A stretch of DNA of 63,424 bases from an uncultured Gemmatimonadales bacterium. GTDB lineage: Bacteria > Gemmatimonadota > Gemmatimonadetes > Gemmatimonadales > GWC2-71-9. Shown in pieces: positions 11,680 through 26,508 of this stretch. The stretch is taken from positions 1-63,424 of the forward strand of contig CAWJMT010000006.1 of the NCBI GenBank assembly GCA_963844035.1, given 5' to 3'. Each line of letters begins with the position of its first letter. Position 1 is the stretch's first letter. Below the pieces are notes generated by a model that had not been told where the DNA came from, did no database searches, and saw only the letters and a program-made list of their open reading frames with translations. The translations under genes and the position numbers were made by a program.

Positions 11680-12380
11680 GCGGTCGAGCTCTCCGGTCCG
11701 GTCGCCGGGAACTCGTGCTGCAGCGAGCGGTCCTCGCCCACGCGCCGCGCCTCGAACCGGGCGTGATCGATCACCACCCCGTCCCCGTTCCCCATGTGCA
11801 GTCGTTTGTATTGGTTGAGCGGCAAGCCCAGCGCCGTCAGCACCGCTACGCGGATCGGCGCGACGTGGCTGACGAGCAGCACCGGGTGCGGCTGATGGGC
11901 AGCGTCGCGTACGGCAGCGTCAATCCGGGTGGCAACGGCGGCCAGTGTCTCGCGTCCGTCCAGCACCAGCCGGTCCGGGAGCTCGCACCACACAGCGTGG
12001 GCGCTGGGGAACTGGCGCGCGACTTCTTCTTCAGTCATCCCCTCCCAGGGGCCAAGCTGCATTTCGTTCAATCTTGCGTCGGTGCGAATTGGTGCACCGA
12101 GAACCCGGCCCACGACGTCTGCGCTTTCACAGGCCCGGGGGACTTCGCTGGTCCAGATTTCCGCGACACCGCAGTGGGCCAGTCGCGACGCGAGGGCTCG
12201 CATCTGAGTGCGGCCCGCGTCCGTGATCGGCTCACGACTGTATCCGGCGTAGCGACCTTCCAGGTTGGACTCGGTCTGGCCGTGGCGCGCGAGGTACACG
12301 AGCGAGGAGGGTTGCGAATTTGGACTGGCGTGGCGCGCGCGCCCCGTCGGTAGGGACCACGTCGCCGTTTCCCGTCTCAC
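11676..12380 (-). CDS. Histidine phosphatase (PGAM family); start uncertain
   Basis: YLARHGQT, LNEMQLGPWEG, GRETL, LLVSH; GTGA overlap with the nucleotidyltransferase. Confidence 0.85.
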   Translation of the reverse strand: MRRETATWSLPTGRARHASPNSQPSSLVYLARHGQTESNLEGRYAGYSREPITDAGRTQMRALASRLAHCGVAEIWTSEVPRACESADVVGRVLGAPIRTDARLNEMQLGPWEGMTEEEVARQFPSAHAVWCELPDRLVLDGRETLAAVATRIDAAVRDAAHQPHPVLLVSHVAPIRVAVLTALGLPLNQYKRLHMGNGDGVVIDHARFEARRVGEDRSLQHEFPATGPESSTA

Positions 12381-12545
12381 GTCGCCGGGCAGAGGGTCCA
12401 CGAAGCTCAGGCCTCCAACTCGTTGTCTTACATGGCCGAAAGGGCACGGCGACGTTACAGGATCGTTTCGCAATATACCGCCTAAGGGAGCGGGTGACAG
12501 CCCCGCTCGATTCTGCAACGCACGGCGGACAGGTGCACCAATACC

Positions 12546-12573
12546 TTGACGTACCATCACTTGCGGCTAGGTT
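12546..12573 (+). promoter_or_regulatory. Possible sigma70-type promoter for the export operon
   Basis: TTGACG-N16-TAGGTT about 95 bp upstream of ATG 12669. Confidence 0.3.
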
Positions 12574-12668
12574 ACGCCGCTTGTCGCGCGCCCTGAGCGT
12601 TCACGCCCCGTCACGCCCTGACCGCATCAGAAGCCCTCGTCCTCGACGGACACGCTAGCGGTGGGCAA

Positions 12669-14936
12669 ATGAACGCCGAACCAACCCGCAAGATGAAGCT
12701 AGTACTTCCTTTCGCCGTTACCCCGCTCGTGCTCGCCGGTGCCCTCGTCATCGGATGGGGTACGGCCGCTGGCGCCCAGCAACTTCCCCCCGCGTCCCAA
12801 GTACAGGAGCTCCTTAAGAATCCGCAGGTTGCGGAGTTGCTGCGCGACCGCCTGAAACAGTCCGGTATGACCGCCGACCAGGTTCGCGCGCGGCTCAAGT
12901 CGGCGGGATATCCCGACACCCTGTTGAACAGCTTTCTCGGCGGTGGCGGGGATGCGGAGATAACTGCTATGGAGCTCGAGGCGATGCAGGTCCTGGGCGT
13001 CGCTCCCATGGCACAGCCATCCCAGCCCGTTGACACCGGGCTCGTTGCCGGGACAGGAAACAGGATCTCGCCGCAGGACTACGCTGCCGGCAACTACGTG
13101 TTCGGTACAGACGTGTTCATGCGCGGCGACGCCGCGTTCCTTCCCCTGCTCGCCGGTCCGGTACCGCCGGACTACCGGCTCGGGCCCGGGGACGAGATCG
13201 TGCTGATCCTCACGGGAGACGTCGAGCTCGCGTACACGCTGCCGGTGACGCGCGAGGGGTTCATTCTTATTCCCCACGTCGGACAGGTGTTCATCAATAC
13301 GCTGTCCTTCCAGCAGGCTGAAGACTTGTTGCGCTCGAGGCTCAGCCGGGTCTACTCCGGGCTCAAGGGAGGCGCCGGCGCCACAACGCGCATGTCTATC
13401 TCGATGTCGAACGTGCGCGTCAACCAGGTCTACGTGCTCGGCGAAGTGTTCCAGCCCGGCGCCCAACAGATCAGCGCCCTCGGCACCGTGCTCACGAGCT
13501 TGTACGCAGCAGGCGGGGTGACAACCAACGCCAACCTGCGCGAGATCGAGGTGCGGCGACTCGGGAAAATCGTGGACACGCTCGATCTGTACGACTACCT
13601 GCTCCAGGGCGACAGCCGCAGGGACATCCGGCTCGAGATGGGAGACGTGGTGTTCGTGCCGATTCGCGGCCGGCGGGCCCGCGTGACGGGCGCGGTGAAA
13701 CGGCCGGCGATCTACGAGGTGCGAGCACGGGAGACCCTCTCTGACCTCTTCAAGGCGGCGGGGGGCTTTCGACACGACGCCGCGGTGCGGCGCGTATCGG
13801 TGTACCGCCTCCTGCCGCCCGCCGCCCGCTCGAACGCGACACCGGTGCGCGTGGTAATCGACGTCCCCCTCGCCACCGACCCGTCGGCGGCGGCGGCACG
13901 ACAGCCTGCGGGGGGCGGGGCAGGTCTTGGGGGCGTGATCATCCCCGCGCTGGGGCTCGAGGATGGCGATTCGGTCGTTGTGGACGCAGTGCCCCCCCCA
14001 GGGGGCGAATTCTTTGTGGTGGTCCGAGGGATGGTGCAACAGCCCGGGATCTTCCCGTGGCACAATGGAATGACCATCCGGGACGCCATTCTTCTCGCGC
14101 GCGGCCCGGTGGTCGGAGCGGACCTCCGGGAGGCAGAGGTCGCACGCATGCCGCAAGACCGCTCCAGCGGACAGCTCGCGACCACGATGCGCGTGCCACT
14201 CGACTCGAGTTATCTCTACAACCGCGATTCGAGCGGACGCTACTTCGGCCCGCCGGGAGTGGCCTTCCCGCAAGCAGGGGTTCCCGAGACCGAGCTGCAT
14301 CCGTACGACATCGTGCTGATTCTGAAGCAGCCGGAATTCGACTATCAACGCACGGTGCTGGTGGTGGGTCAGGTTCGCTATCCCGGCGCCTACTCGCTGC
14401 GTGATAAGGGCGAGCGTCTGGCCGATATCATCGAGCGGGCCAAGGGCCTCACCGCGCAGGCCTACCCGCAAGGAATTCGTTTTGTGCGGCAGGTCGGTAA
14501 CGTCGGGCGGGTCAACGTGGACCTGCCGCGCGCCTTGAAGGACCCCACGTCGCGCTACAACATCATCCTGCAGCCGGGTGACTCGATCGAGATCCCGGAG
14601 TACCAGCCTGCCGTCAAGGTGACCGGCGCCGTGAACTCACCGGGAAGCGTGCTCTGGAAAGAGGGCGAACGCCTCGAGTATTACGTCAACGCGGCGGGCG
14701 GGCTCAGCTACAAGGCGGACAAAGGGCGGGTGAGCGTGCGCTTCGCGAACGGTGAGGTCCGTACCAGGCACCGCTCCCTCTTCCACTTGAGTGACCCCAA
14801 GCCGGGACCCGGATCCGAGGTGATGATCCCGGAGAAGGACATGACAAAGGGCGTTAACTGGATCGTGTTGACGAGCGCGATCAGCGGCATCGTGACGAGC
14901 CTGGTGGCACTCGTCGTCCTGTTGAACCAGCTGTGA
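12669..14936 (+). CDS. Polysaccharide export outer-membrane protein with multiple SLBB domains (Wza/KpsD-like)
   Basis: Signal peptide, DYRLGPGDEI, repeated V.V.G.V..PG SLBB motifs, C-terminal hydrophobic helix. Confidence 0.9.
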   Translation: MNAEPTRKMKLVLPFAVTPLVLAGALVIGWGTAAGAQQLPPASQVQELLKNPQVAELLRDRLKQSGMTADQVRARLKSAGYPDTLLNSFLGGGGDAEITAMELEAMQVLGVAPMAQPSQPVDTGLVAGTGNRISPQDYAAGNYVFGTDVFMRGDAAFLPLLAGPVPPDYRLGPGDEIVLILTGDVELAYTLPVTREGFILIPHVGQVFINTLSFQQAEDLLRSRLSRVYSGLKGGAGATTRMSISMSNVRVNQVYVLGEVFQPGAQQISALGTVLTSLYAAGGVTTNANLREIEVRRLGKIVDTLDLYDYLLQGDSRRDIRLEMGDVVFVPIRGRRARVTGAVKRPAIYEVRARETLSDLFKAAGGFRHDAAVRRVSVYRLLPPAARSNATPVRVVIDVPLATDPSAAAARQPAGGGAGLGGVIIPALGLEDGDSVVVDAVPPPGGEFFVVVRGMVQQPGIFPWHNGMTIRDAILLARGPVVGADLREAEVARMPQDRSSGQLATTMRVPLDSSYLYNRDSSGRYFGPPGVAFPQAGVPETELHPYDIVLILKQPEFDYQRTVLVVGQVRYPGAYSLRDKGERLADIIERAKGLTAQAYPQGIRFVRQVGNVGRVNVDLPRALKDPTSRYNIILQPGDSIEIPEYQPAVKVTGAVNSPGSVLWKEGERLEYYVNAAGGLSYKADKGRVSVRFANGEVRTRHRSLFHLSDPKPGPGSEVMIPEKDMTKGVNWIVLTSAISGIVTSLVALVVLLNQL

Positions 14937-15923
14937 CCTCCGCGGACAGCCAGCGCGAGATCACCCTCAGCGAGCTCGTGTTGCTGATATGGCAGCACTG
15001 GCGGCAGCTCGCCTGGGCGATGGTCCTGGGGCTTGTCGTCGGTGGTGGCGTGTCGAAGTTTTTCCTGCCGCGATGGTTCGAGGCGCGGGCGTTGTTTGTG
15101 GGCGTCGGCACGAGCCGCCTCAACCTCATGCAAAACCTGGGCGGCCTCGGCGCAATCGCCGGCCAGCTCGGCCTGTCGGGCCTCGGAGGCACGGACGCGA
15201 CCCTGTCCCCGTACTTCTACGCGGACCTCGTCAAGACCGACACGATCCTGCGCCAGCTCGCGAACGTTCAGATCCCGGACTCCGCCAACCCCGCCGCGCC
15301 CGGAAAACCGCTCCGCGTCATTCTGAAGATCGGCGGGAAGTCCACCGCTGACAGCATCTATCGCGCGACACGGCGGCTACGCGGCATGATCGTGGTGGAC
15401 CTCACGACCCGTACCGGCGTCATCAAGGTCACGTTCACCGCCCGTCGCCCCTATGTCGCGGCCCTCGCTGCGGACACACTGCTCGGCCTGGTCAACGGGT
15501 TCGTGGGGCGAGACCTGCGGACGCGAGCCGGGGCGACGCGCCGCTTCCTGCAGGATCGCCTGGACCAAATCGAGATCGAGCGGGTCGAGGCGCAGAACAA
15601 GCTGCAACGCTTCCTGGAGACCAACCGCGAGTACAAGAACTCCCCGTCGCTCTCATTCCAGCAAGCCCAGCTGCAGCGTGAAATGGAGCTGAAGCGAGAC
15701 CTGTATACGTCCGTCGCGAGGTCGCTGGAAGAGGCTCGAATGAATGAGGCGCGCGACACGCCCGCAATTTCCGTGATCGACCGGCCCCGCATGCCTACGC
15801 GCTCCTCCAGCCCCAACTCCCGGCTCAACGGTGCCGTGCTGGCGCTGCTCGCCCCGCTGGTGTGGCTCGCGATCATCCTGTTCCGCCGCCTGGAGCCCTT
15901 GCACGCCCGCCCGCCCCCGGTGA
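14933..15923 (+). CDS. Wzz-like chain-length determinant / polysaccharide co-polymerase
   Basis: EITLSELVLLIWQHW, two TM helices, coiled coil, ISVIDRP...SSP; reads through into the next gene as given. Confidence 0.75.
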
Positions 15924-17218
15924 GGAAGCGCACCACCGCCAGGGTCAAGCGAGTCGGATGGCAGCTGGTCCTGGCCATGCTCGCCGCCCTGCAGGTGTTC
16001 GGCACGTTTACCGCTTTTACCGACAGCTTATACCTCTTGAAGTGGGTGGCGGGAGTCGGCATCGGGTTCTGCTTTTTCCTGCTGGGGCATTGCCGCATAT
16101 CGCGCGAGCTGTCGCGTGAATTTGCGATGCTGACCGCAATTCTCGTGATTGGTCTGGTGGCGCAGTTCGGGGACGCGATCGATGGTCGAGCGTTTGAACT
16201 CGCATTGACGTACACCCTGACCGGATGCGCCACGTTTCTCGTGGCTCCCGCCGCATTGCGTCGTCGCTCAGTGCAGCGGATCGTGTGGCCCGGACTGCTC
16301 CTGGGCGTGACGCTGGGCACGCTCGTCGGCGAGTATCTGGGCATGCAAGACCTCTTGAGCGCGATCTCGACAACCTCAGGCCGGTTGCGTTATTTCGGAG
16401 CGTTCTACCAGCCGAATGCGGCCGGAACCGCCGGGCTGATCGGACTGACGCTCGCTGCGGCGTCGATCGAAGCCAGGCGCCGGTGGTGGTACCTCGGGAC
16501 CCTGCCCATCTTCGTCGCGGTCATGATTCTGGCGGACTCTCGCGGATCCCTCCTCGCCGCGATGGCATTCGCCGCTGCGTTGCCGCTGCTTCGCCTGGCA
16601 CGATGGCCCCCGCAACGGGTCGCGATCACGCTGTGCCTGGGCGCGATCGGCATGGTCGTGGTTGGTACCTGGATCGCAGGCAGGATGCATTGGCCCGAAC
16701 CGGGACAGTGGCAGCCTGAGTTGAACCGGATCAGCACCGGGCGTCTGACCAACTGGGGCGAGGCCCTGGGTTATCTGGAGAGCCCGTTCCGGTGGATGTT
16801 CGGATTGGGATTGAGCAGGAATTTCTCGTTCACCTTCCTGGAGACGGATTTCCCGGTACCGGTCCGGGGGTCCAACGCCGACAATTTCTTCGTCGACCTG
16901 CTGGGGCGGACGGGCCTCGTGGGTCTCGGCCTGTTCCTGGCCATCATCGCGTCCCTCGCGCTGAAGCTGTGGCGCGGCCTGCGGCAGGGCCCGCCGCGCA
17001 GCGTTTCCCGCTGCGTCCTCGGTCTCGCGGTACTCATCTCAACCGTTGTCCTCGGCGCCACCAACAGCATCATCTTCACGTGGGCGTGGTTGCAGGCGAT
17101 TGTTGCGTGGCCCCTGATCGGGGCCACCGCGACTCATGCCGCCCGCGCGGCGCGGACGGATCGCGTGAGTCGCGCACCGGCCGTCGAGAGCACCTTACGC
17201 GCGCCACCTCGCCCGTGA
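15920..17218 (+). CDS. O-antigen polymerase/ligase family protein (Wzy-like)
   Basis: About 10 TM helices, RLRYFGAFYQPN, DSRGS, STGRLTNW, FGLG, DNFFV. Confidence 0.75.
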   Translation: MRKRTTARVKRVGWQLVLAMLAALQVFGTFTAFTDSLYLLKWVAGVGIGFCFFLLGHCRISRELSREFAMLTAILVIGLVAQFGDAIDGRAFELALTYTLTGCATFLVAPAALRRRSVQRIVWPGLLLGVTLGTLVGEYLGMQDLLSAISTTSGRLRYFGAFYQPNAAGTAGLIGLTLAAASIEARRRWWYLGTLPIFVAVMILADSRGSLLAAMAFAAALPLLRLARWPPQRVAITLCLGAIGMVVVGTWIAGRMHWPEPGQWQPELNRISTGRLTNWGEALGYLESPFRWMFGLGLSRNFSFTFLETDFPVPVRGSNADNFFVDLLGRTGLVGLGLFLAIIASLALKLWRGLRQGPPRSVSRCVLGLAVLISTVVLGATNSIIFTWAWLQAIVAWPLIGATATHAARAARTDRVSRAPAVESTLRAPPRP

Positions 17219-18554
17219 CGTCACCACCGGCCGCTGCCGTACGTCGGGAGCGGCTCGACGCCGCGATCTACTTCGCGGGCACCCTGTTTCAACGCCTCAG
17301 CCTGTTCTTGGCGCTGCCGCTGCTGCTCCGCACCCTGTCAGCGGCCGAATATGGTACGTTCGGGTTGCTGCAGAGCGCGGTGAACCTCCTGCCCGCCATT
17401 CTCACCCTCAACCTTCCCGCTACTGCCACTCGGCTTTTTTTTGACGGCGCTACCGAGGGCGAGCGCCAGGCGATCGCCACCAGGCTCACCGTGCTGTCGG
17501 GATCCGTCGGCCTCGTCGGCGGCGCGGTGGTGTGGCTGTGCGCCCACGCGTACCGCGGCCAAGCCGCCGCGTTCCTGGGAGTACCGGACGACCAGGCGAT
17601 GCTGGTCACCACGCTGGTCCTCGTGGGAGCGCTGGGCGCCAACCACCTCCAGGTCGCCTGGGGCCTGTGGGTTGCGCAGAACCGCGCACTCCACACCGCT
17701 ACTGCGCTTTCGCTCAACGGCCTGCTCTTTCTCGGAGGGGTAGCGGGATTGGCGGCCACGCATCGTCTCGGGGCGATCACCGCAATCGGCGCCTACGCGT
17801 GTGCGACGGCCCTGGTGGGAATTATCGCCAACATCCTGGCACTCAAACGGTGGACCGGTGGCGGCGGGTCGTACGGGGCGCTGGGCCGCGAGGCGCTGCG
17901 GGTCAGCCTGCCGGTACTGCCCTACTTGTTCGCCGTTTGGGGGCTCGGTGCGGGCGGCCGCTGGATCGCCCGCGCGACGCTGACGTTGGAGGATACCGGA
18001 AACTTCACCCTCGCCTCGCAAGTCGCGATCATGCTCGGGCTGGTGGGTCGCTCAGCCTACGACGCCTGGTCGCCCCGCGCCTTCGCCATGTTCGCAGATG
18101 GCCGCTTCGTCGAGGCACGGGAGTACTTGCGCACGCGCGCGCGGCTGACGCTCGCGGTCGTGGGCGGGTTGGGCATCGTGACCGCCCTGGGCTTCGTCGT
18201 GTTCCTGCCACGGTTCGCGCCCAGCTATACCCGAGTCGCAAGCCTCGTTCCCATCGTGGCGTTCGCGCCGTTGTTCGACGTCGCCCACATGTCGTACCAC
18301 ACGGAGCTGATGGGGCTCAAGGTCGCGAGACCGATCGCCACCTACACGATTGCGACGCTGCTAGTGTTCGTCGTTCTGGGGGTCGGGGGCGCGCACCTGC
18401 TCGGTCTGTGGGGACTGGCCGTGGCGTACGTGCTCGCGTACGCCGCACAGTGGCTCCTCGCGGCCCGCGCCGTTCACCAGGTGCGCCGCGCCGCGGCGGT
18501 TTCCCGGGCACCGACGGACGCGCCGAACGAACTAGAGACCCCGCCCTGGATTGG

Positions 18555-18558
<4 letters not shown>
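17215..18558 (+). CDS. Oligosaccharide flippase (Wzx-like)
   Basis: LPLLLRTLSAAEYG start motif, about 12 TM segments; GTGA overlap. Confidence 0.8.
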
Positions 18559-21624
<3,066 letters not shown>

Positions 21625-21636
<12 letters not shown>

Positions 21637-22743
21637 GACGCTAAGACGCGCTCCACGTCGACCGCGGCCTTGTCCCACGTGTAGTGGGACCGCACCCGGC
21701 TTGCGGCCGCGCGCAAGACGTCGGGAGCGTGCTCGCGCGCGCAGCGCCTGCGCACCGCATCGGCAAGCGCCGCAACGCTGAAATCCGGCGGCGACCCAGC
21801 CGCAGCCCCCCAACACTTCGATCACCGCTTCGGCCGGCGAGGCGGCCACCGGACAACCGACCGCCATCGCCTCGATCATGGGGATCCCGAATCCTTCGAA
21901 CTCGCTGGCGGAGACCAACGCCGCCGCGCCGCTGAACAACCCCTGCATCGCCGTCCGCGCCAGGCGCGGCAGCACGCGCACCCGCTCGGCCACGCCCTGG
22001 CGTGCCGCCGAGGCGAGCAGCGCCGGCACCGCATCCCGCTCGCCCGCGTACGTTCCGGCAATGACGAGATGAAGGTCGGAAAACTCGCGGCTGAGGGAGG
22101 CGAATACGTCGAGTACGACGGGTAAACGTTTATGCGGGTACGTACCGGCGACCGACAGGAGGTAGCGCGGCGGCAGTTCGAGATCGCGCACCGTTGCATC
22201 GGACTCCGCCACAAACTCGGCGTCCAGACCGGGGGACGCGACTGACACCCGTTCCTCCGGCACCGCGAGGCGTCGCACGATGTCGCGCCGGCAAAATTCG
22301 GAAATGGTGACGATGTGCGCGGCCCGCTCCGCGATCTTGCGATACGCCCAGCGGTGGTACAGCCGCTTGTGCCATGAGAAGTCGGTCAGGTTGGACAGCA
22401 GCAGCAGATCGTACACGGTCACCACGGCGCGGGGCGCCTTCCACCGGGGCACGAACAGGTGGGGAAAGAACACGGTGTCGAGACCGCGCTCGAGCGCCAG
22501 GCGCCTCAGACCGGTCTGCTCGAACGCCACCCGCAACGCCCGCCGGTCCGGATCGGGGCCGCACAACACGATGCTCGCCGCCGGCGGCAGCGACTCCCTC
22601 CACAGGCGCTCGTAGCGGGGTGGCACGAACAGGGTGTAGCGATTGGGGGCCCGTACGGTCAGCGCCTTCGCGAGACCCACGGTGTACGTCCCGGCACCCG
22701 CGATCCGGTGCGGCGAGAACGCCAGCAGACTGATCCCGATCAA
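21625..22743 (-). CDS. GT4 glycosyltransferase; C-terminus frameshifted
   Basis: VVTVYDL, TISEF, PHKRL, SEFEGFGIPMIEAMAVGCPV. Confidence 0.88.
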
Positions 22744-23513
22744 GGGACTCGAGCGGGCGCCGTAAACGAGTAGCTGCGATCGTCGAGGTAGAGTGCGGTC
22801 GGCTCCTCGCCCTCATTCTCTATAGCGTGGCCGCTCCGCGCATATCCGATGGACTCGAGCAGGTTCAGCAGCTCGGCGCGATCCACGCCGCGGTGCACCT
22901 CCACGACCAATCGCGGTGTGAACTCGCGCAACAACCCGGTCATCCCTCTGAGGGCTTCGAGCTCCATCCCCTGCACGTCGATCTTGATTCCATCGATCCG
23001 CCGCTGCCCCCCACACAGGTGGTCCCAGGCCCAATCGAGGCGGGTGGTGAGAAACGCGGCGACGTGGTTGCCGTCCGCCGCGACCGTGTGGTCGAGCATC
23101 CCACGCACCGTGGGAAGAGAGTTCACCGCCAATGCCTCCGGAGCGCCCAGGCCGAGGGGCAGCACGATCAGCTGCGGGAGATTGTTCACCTGTTGCGTCT
23201 GCGCCAAACATCCGGCGGTCCGAAGTTCCGGCTCGAACGCGAACACTCGTCCGCGCGATCCCACGAGCCGGCTCAGCGCAACCGCGGTATAACCATAGTG
23301 CGCTCCGACATCGAGCCAGGTCTCACCCGCGCCCACGTTCTGCTCGAACCACTCGAGCAGCGCGCGCTCGGTGCGCCCGAGGATCGCGCCGGGGTAGTCG
23401 TGCCACGAGGTCACGATTTTGAACCCGCGCAGGCGTCCACCGAGGATGCGATGGGCGCGCAGCGACTTCGGCATGAAGCGACGAATCTGTGCTTTGAGAC
23501 CGGAGTGGCTCAC
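22740..23513 (-). CDS. FkbM-family methyltransferase
   Basis: LDVGAHYG, VFAFEP, IKIDVQGME. Confidence 0.85.
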   Translation of the reverse strand: MSHSGLKAQIRRFMPKSLRAHRILGGRLRGFKIVTSWHDYPGAILGRTERALLEWFEQNVGAGETWLDVGAHYGYTAVALSRLVGSRGRVFAFEPELRTAGCLAQTQQVNNLPQLIVLPLGLGAPEALAVNSLPTVRGMLDHTVAADGNHVAAFLTTRLDWAWDHLCGGQRRIDGIKIDVQGMELEALRGMTGLLREFTPRLVVEVHRGVDRAELLNLLESIGYARSGHAIENEGEEPTALYLDDRSYSFTAPARVP

Positions 23514-23628
23514 AAGGGCGAAATATGGGTAGGCCCGCACCACAATCCAGGCCCGGACGCTTGACGGAGCAATGTTTGGACGCGAACGTTGGCGCCGTTT
23601 CCGGGCCACAATTCGTGCGAGGAGATGC

Positions 23629-24054
23629 ATGGACGTAAATGGAACGCCGCACGTCGAGCACATCGGGGACCGGGACCGGCCGTTCGCCATCATTCTGCGG
23701 GCGGAGTATGAGCCGCAGTCGATCGAGTTCCTGACGACGAACGACCAGACGCTCCAGCTCGGCGTGATGCGCAGGCCCGGGGGGTACGTCATCGCCCCGC
23801 ACCTCCACAAGCCCGCCCCCCGCACCGTCTCGGACGGGTACGAAGCTCTGTTTGTCGCGCGGGGTCGCGTCGAGGTCACGTTTTACAATGAACGTCGCGA
23901 GCGTGTGACGACGCGGGAGCTGGGCCAGGGCGACACCATACTCCTCATGACCGGGGGACATGGATTCCGGGTGCTCGGAAGACTGCAAGATGATCGAAGT
24001 GAAGCAGGGGCCCTACTAAGTAGCGACCGCGAACGGTTCACGCCCGAGCCATGA
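23629..24054 (+). CDS. Cupin-fold hypothetical protein (sugar-cluster associated), frameshift near C-terminus
   Basis: IAPHLH...EALFVARG...GGHGF...EVKQGPY cupin-like motifs; GGAG RBS; ATGA coupling to the aminotransferase. Confidence 0.65.
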   Translation: MDVNGTPHVEHIGDRDRPFAIILRAEYEPQSIEFLTTNDQTLQLGVMRRPGGYVIAPHLHKPAPRTVSDGYEALFVARGRVEVTFYNERRERVTTRELGQGDTILLMTGGHGFRVLGRLQDDRSEAGALLSSDRERFTPEP

Positions 24055-25210
24055 GCGCTCCCGCGCCGGGTCTGCGCCGCATCCCCGTGTGCGAGCCATT
24101 TCTCGGCGCGCGCGAAGCCGAGTACGTGGCCCAGTGCCTCAAGAGCACCTGGATTTCGTCCGCCGGACAGTTTCTCTCCCAGTTCGAGGCGGACTTCGCG
24201 CGCTACTGCGGATGCGCGCACGGCATCGCCACGACGAGCGGGACCACCGCCCTGCACCTCGCGATCGCCGCCCGGGGTCTCGGGCCCGGTGACGAGATCA
24301 TCATGCCGACCTTTACCATCGCGGCTCGACCGTGTTCGCCGCGCTGTACGCCGGCGCGACGCCGGTGCTGGTGGACGTCGAGCCCGATACGTGGACGATC
24401 CGCGTCGATGAGGTGGCGGCGAAAGTGGGACCGCGCACCCGCGCGATCCTCCCGGTCCACATGTACGGCCACCCCTGCGACATGAATCCGCTGCGGGAGC
24501 TGGCGACGCGCCACAACCTCTGGGTGCTCGAGGACGCCGCGGAAGCCCATGGCGCCGAGTACCACGGACGCAAGTGTGGCGGCCTGGGCGACGCGGCCTG
24601 CTTCAGCTTCTACGCCAACAAGATCCTGTCGACCGGTGAAGGCGGGATGGTCGTCACCAATGACGCGTCCTTCGCCGAACAGTGCCGCTCGCTCAAGAAC
24701 CTCGGGTTCAACCGCGAGCGGCGCTTCCTGCACGATTCGGTCGGCTTCAACTACCGGATGACCAATCTCCAGGCGGCCATCGGGCTCGCACAACTGGAGG
24801 CGGTGGAAGCAGCACGTGGACGCGCGACGCCGTCACGCGGCCAAGTACACCGCGGCGCTGCGCGGACGTCGAAGGCCTGCGCCTCCCGGTGGAGCGCCCG
24901 TGGGCCCGCAACGTCTATTGGATGTACGGCGATGGTGGTCGAGGACTCGTTCGGGTGTTCGCGAGACGAATTGATGGCGGGGCTGGCCGAGCGGGGCGTC
25001 GAGACGCGGACCTTCTTCATGCCCATGCACGAGCAGCCGGTATTTCACGAACGGGGGCTGTTCCGCGGTGAGCATTACCCCGTCGCGTCCGACATCGGGC
25101 GCCGGGGCCTGTACCTGCCGTCATCCACCGGCTTGAGCGACGCCGACCTCACCTACGTGGTGGACGCGGTTCGCGACGTTCAGCGCGCGGCGCGCAGCCG
25201 GGCCTTGGTC
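24051..25210 (+). CDS. DegT/DnrJ/EryC1/StrS sugar aminotransferase (perosamine synthase-like); frameshifted, end approximate
   Basis: WISSAG, TSGTTALHLA, PVHMYGHPCDM, EDAAEAHG, FSFYANKILSTGEGG, GFNYRMTNLQAAIG, GLYLPS. Confidence 0.88.
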
Positions 25211-26467
25211 GTCTTCCAGCGCCCCCCTGAGCACCCGCCGGTAGTCCTCCGGCGTATACCGGGCCAGCACCTCCGCTCCACGGCGGATGAGCGCCGCGCG
25301 CTCATCGCTCGAACGTCAGCAGGCGCCGCAGGCCCTCCGCGATCGCTTCGGCAGCTCCGCGGATCGACCAGAATCGCCGCCCCATCGGTCTGCTCGCGAA
25401 TTCCCGCGAATGTCCGACGTCACCACCGGGCATCCCATCGCGAACGCTTCCACGCACCGGGATATTGGTAGGCCCGAAAAACGTGGGCATGACCAGGCCG
25501 GCAGCGTCGGCGTACAGCGCGGACATGTCTGGATCGGGAATGAATCCCAGGTAGCGCACCTGACCGGCCACGCCGAGCCGGTGCGCGGCACGCATAGCGG
25601 CCGCGAACGTGCGCCGCCGCAACGACCCCGAGTGCGAACCGCCGAGTACCAGTGTCGGCGTGAGCCGCGCCGTCTGCTTCAGATGGTGCAACGCCTCGAT
25701 CAAACGCAGGTGGTTCTTGTGCGGCCAGAACTGCGCCGGGTAAAACAGGTAGCCACTGCTCAATCCGTACCGCCGCCGGACGCTCTGGCGCTCGTCCTCA
25801 CTGACCCCCGGCCGCACGGTGGACGCCGGAAGCACCGGGAGGACCACCACGCGGTTCGCATCGAGCCCGGTATCCCCGTAGAACTCGAGCAGCTGATCTC
25901 GACCGGTCTCGGAATCGACGAGGAGGGTCTGGGCCGTCCGGGCGGCGTTGCGGAAATAGTACTCGCGCCGCTCGAACTCACCCCACGCGGTGATTTCGGG
26001 GAACTCCGTGTACACGCGATGATTGAGGTCGGCAATGCTGACCATCGCCGGGATCCGGGTCTCAATCGCCGGCCGCGGTGCGGACCGGGTAGACCACCAG
26101 GTCGAGTCCCCGGTCCCGATACCACCGCTCCAGTGCGCCATCGAGCGCGCGGCTCGCGCGTCGGGTTTCTCACCACGCTGTTCGCGCGCAGCAGCGCCGC
26201 GCGATACCACACCTGCCGAGCCAGCTGCTCCCCCACCAGCGCGACGCCCGCCTCCCGCACCAGGTCCTTGGGCCCGGTCGGTAAGACGCCACTCGACCAC
26301 CGGCCGCCGAGCAGCGAGTGCAGCGGAACATCGGTCCTGCGGCGGTGCAGCACGACCACGTCGTCCTCCAGCTCGAGCCCCCGCAGCATCTCGAGCAACG
26401 TCATCATGTACGGGAAAATGCCGCCGCTCGATCTGGATGCGTGGGCGTAGATGCCGATCCGCATCAC
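25180..26467 (-). CDS. GT4 glycosyltransferase, frameshifted
   Basis: YLFYPAQFWPHKNH, MPTFFGPTNIP, EAFAMGCPVVTSD. Confidence 0.8.
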
Positions 26468-26508
26468 GTTGCCCGCCGCATGGGCGCGCCATAGATTCTG
26501 CCGCGCCT

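Noticed and set aside
12430..12510. GAAA...GACG...CTAA...GACAGCC fragments resembling a third GEMM riboswitch
   Set aside because: P2/P3 pairing and spacing do not fit; only a simple GAGCGGG/CCCGCTC hairpin is present.
12699..14471. Long antisense ORFs (also 38757-40547, 44632-46263, 29204-30481, 51418-53268)
   Set aside because: Shadow frames of high-GC genes, with no recognisable motifs.
14933..17218. Apparent Wzz-Wzy fusion protein (761 aa)
   Set aside because: Removing one C from the CCCCC run at 15914-15918 gives a GTGA stop/start overlap at 15920-15923 like neighbouring junctions; probably an artefact, to be checked in reads.
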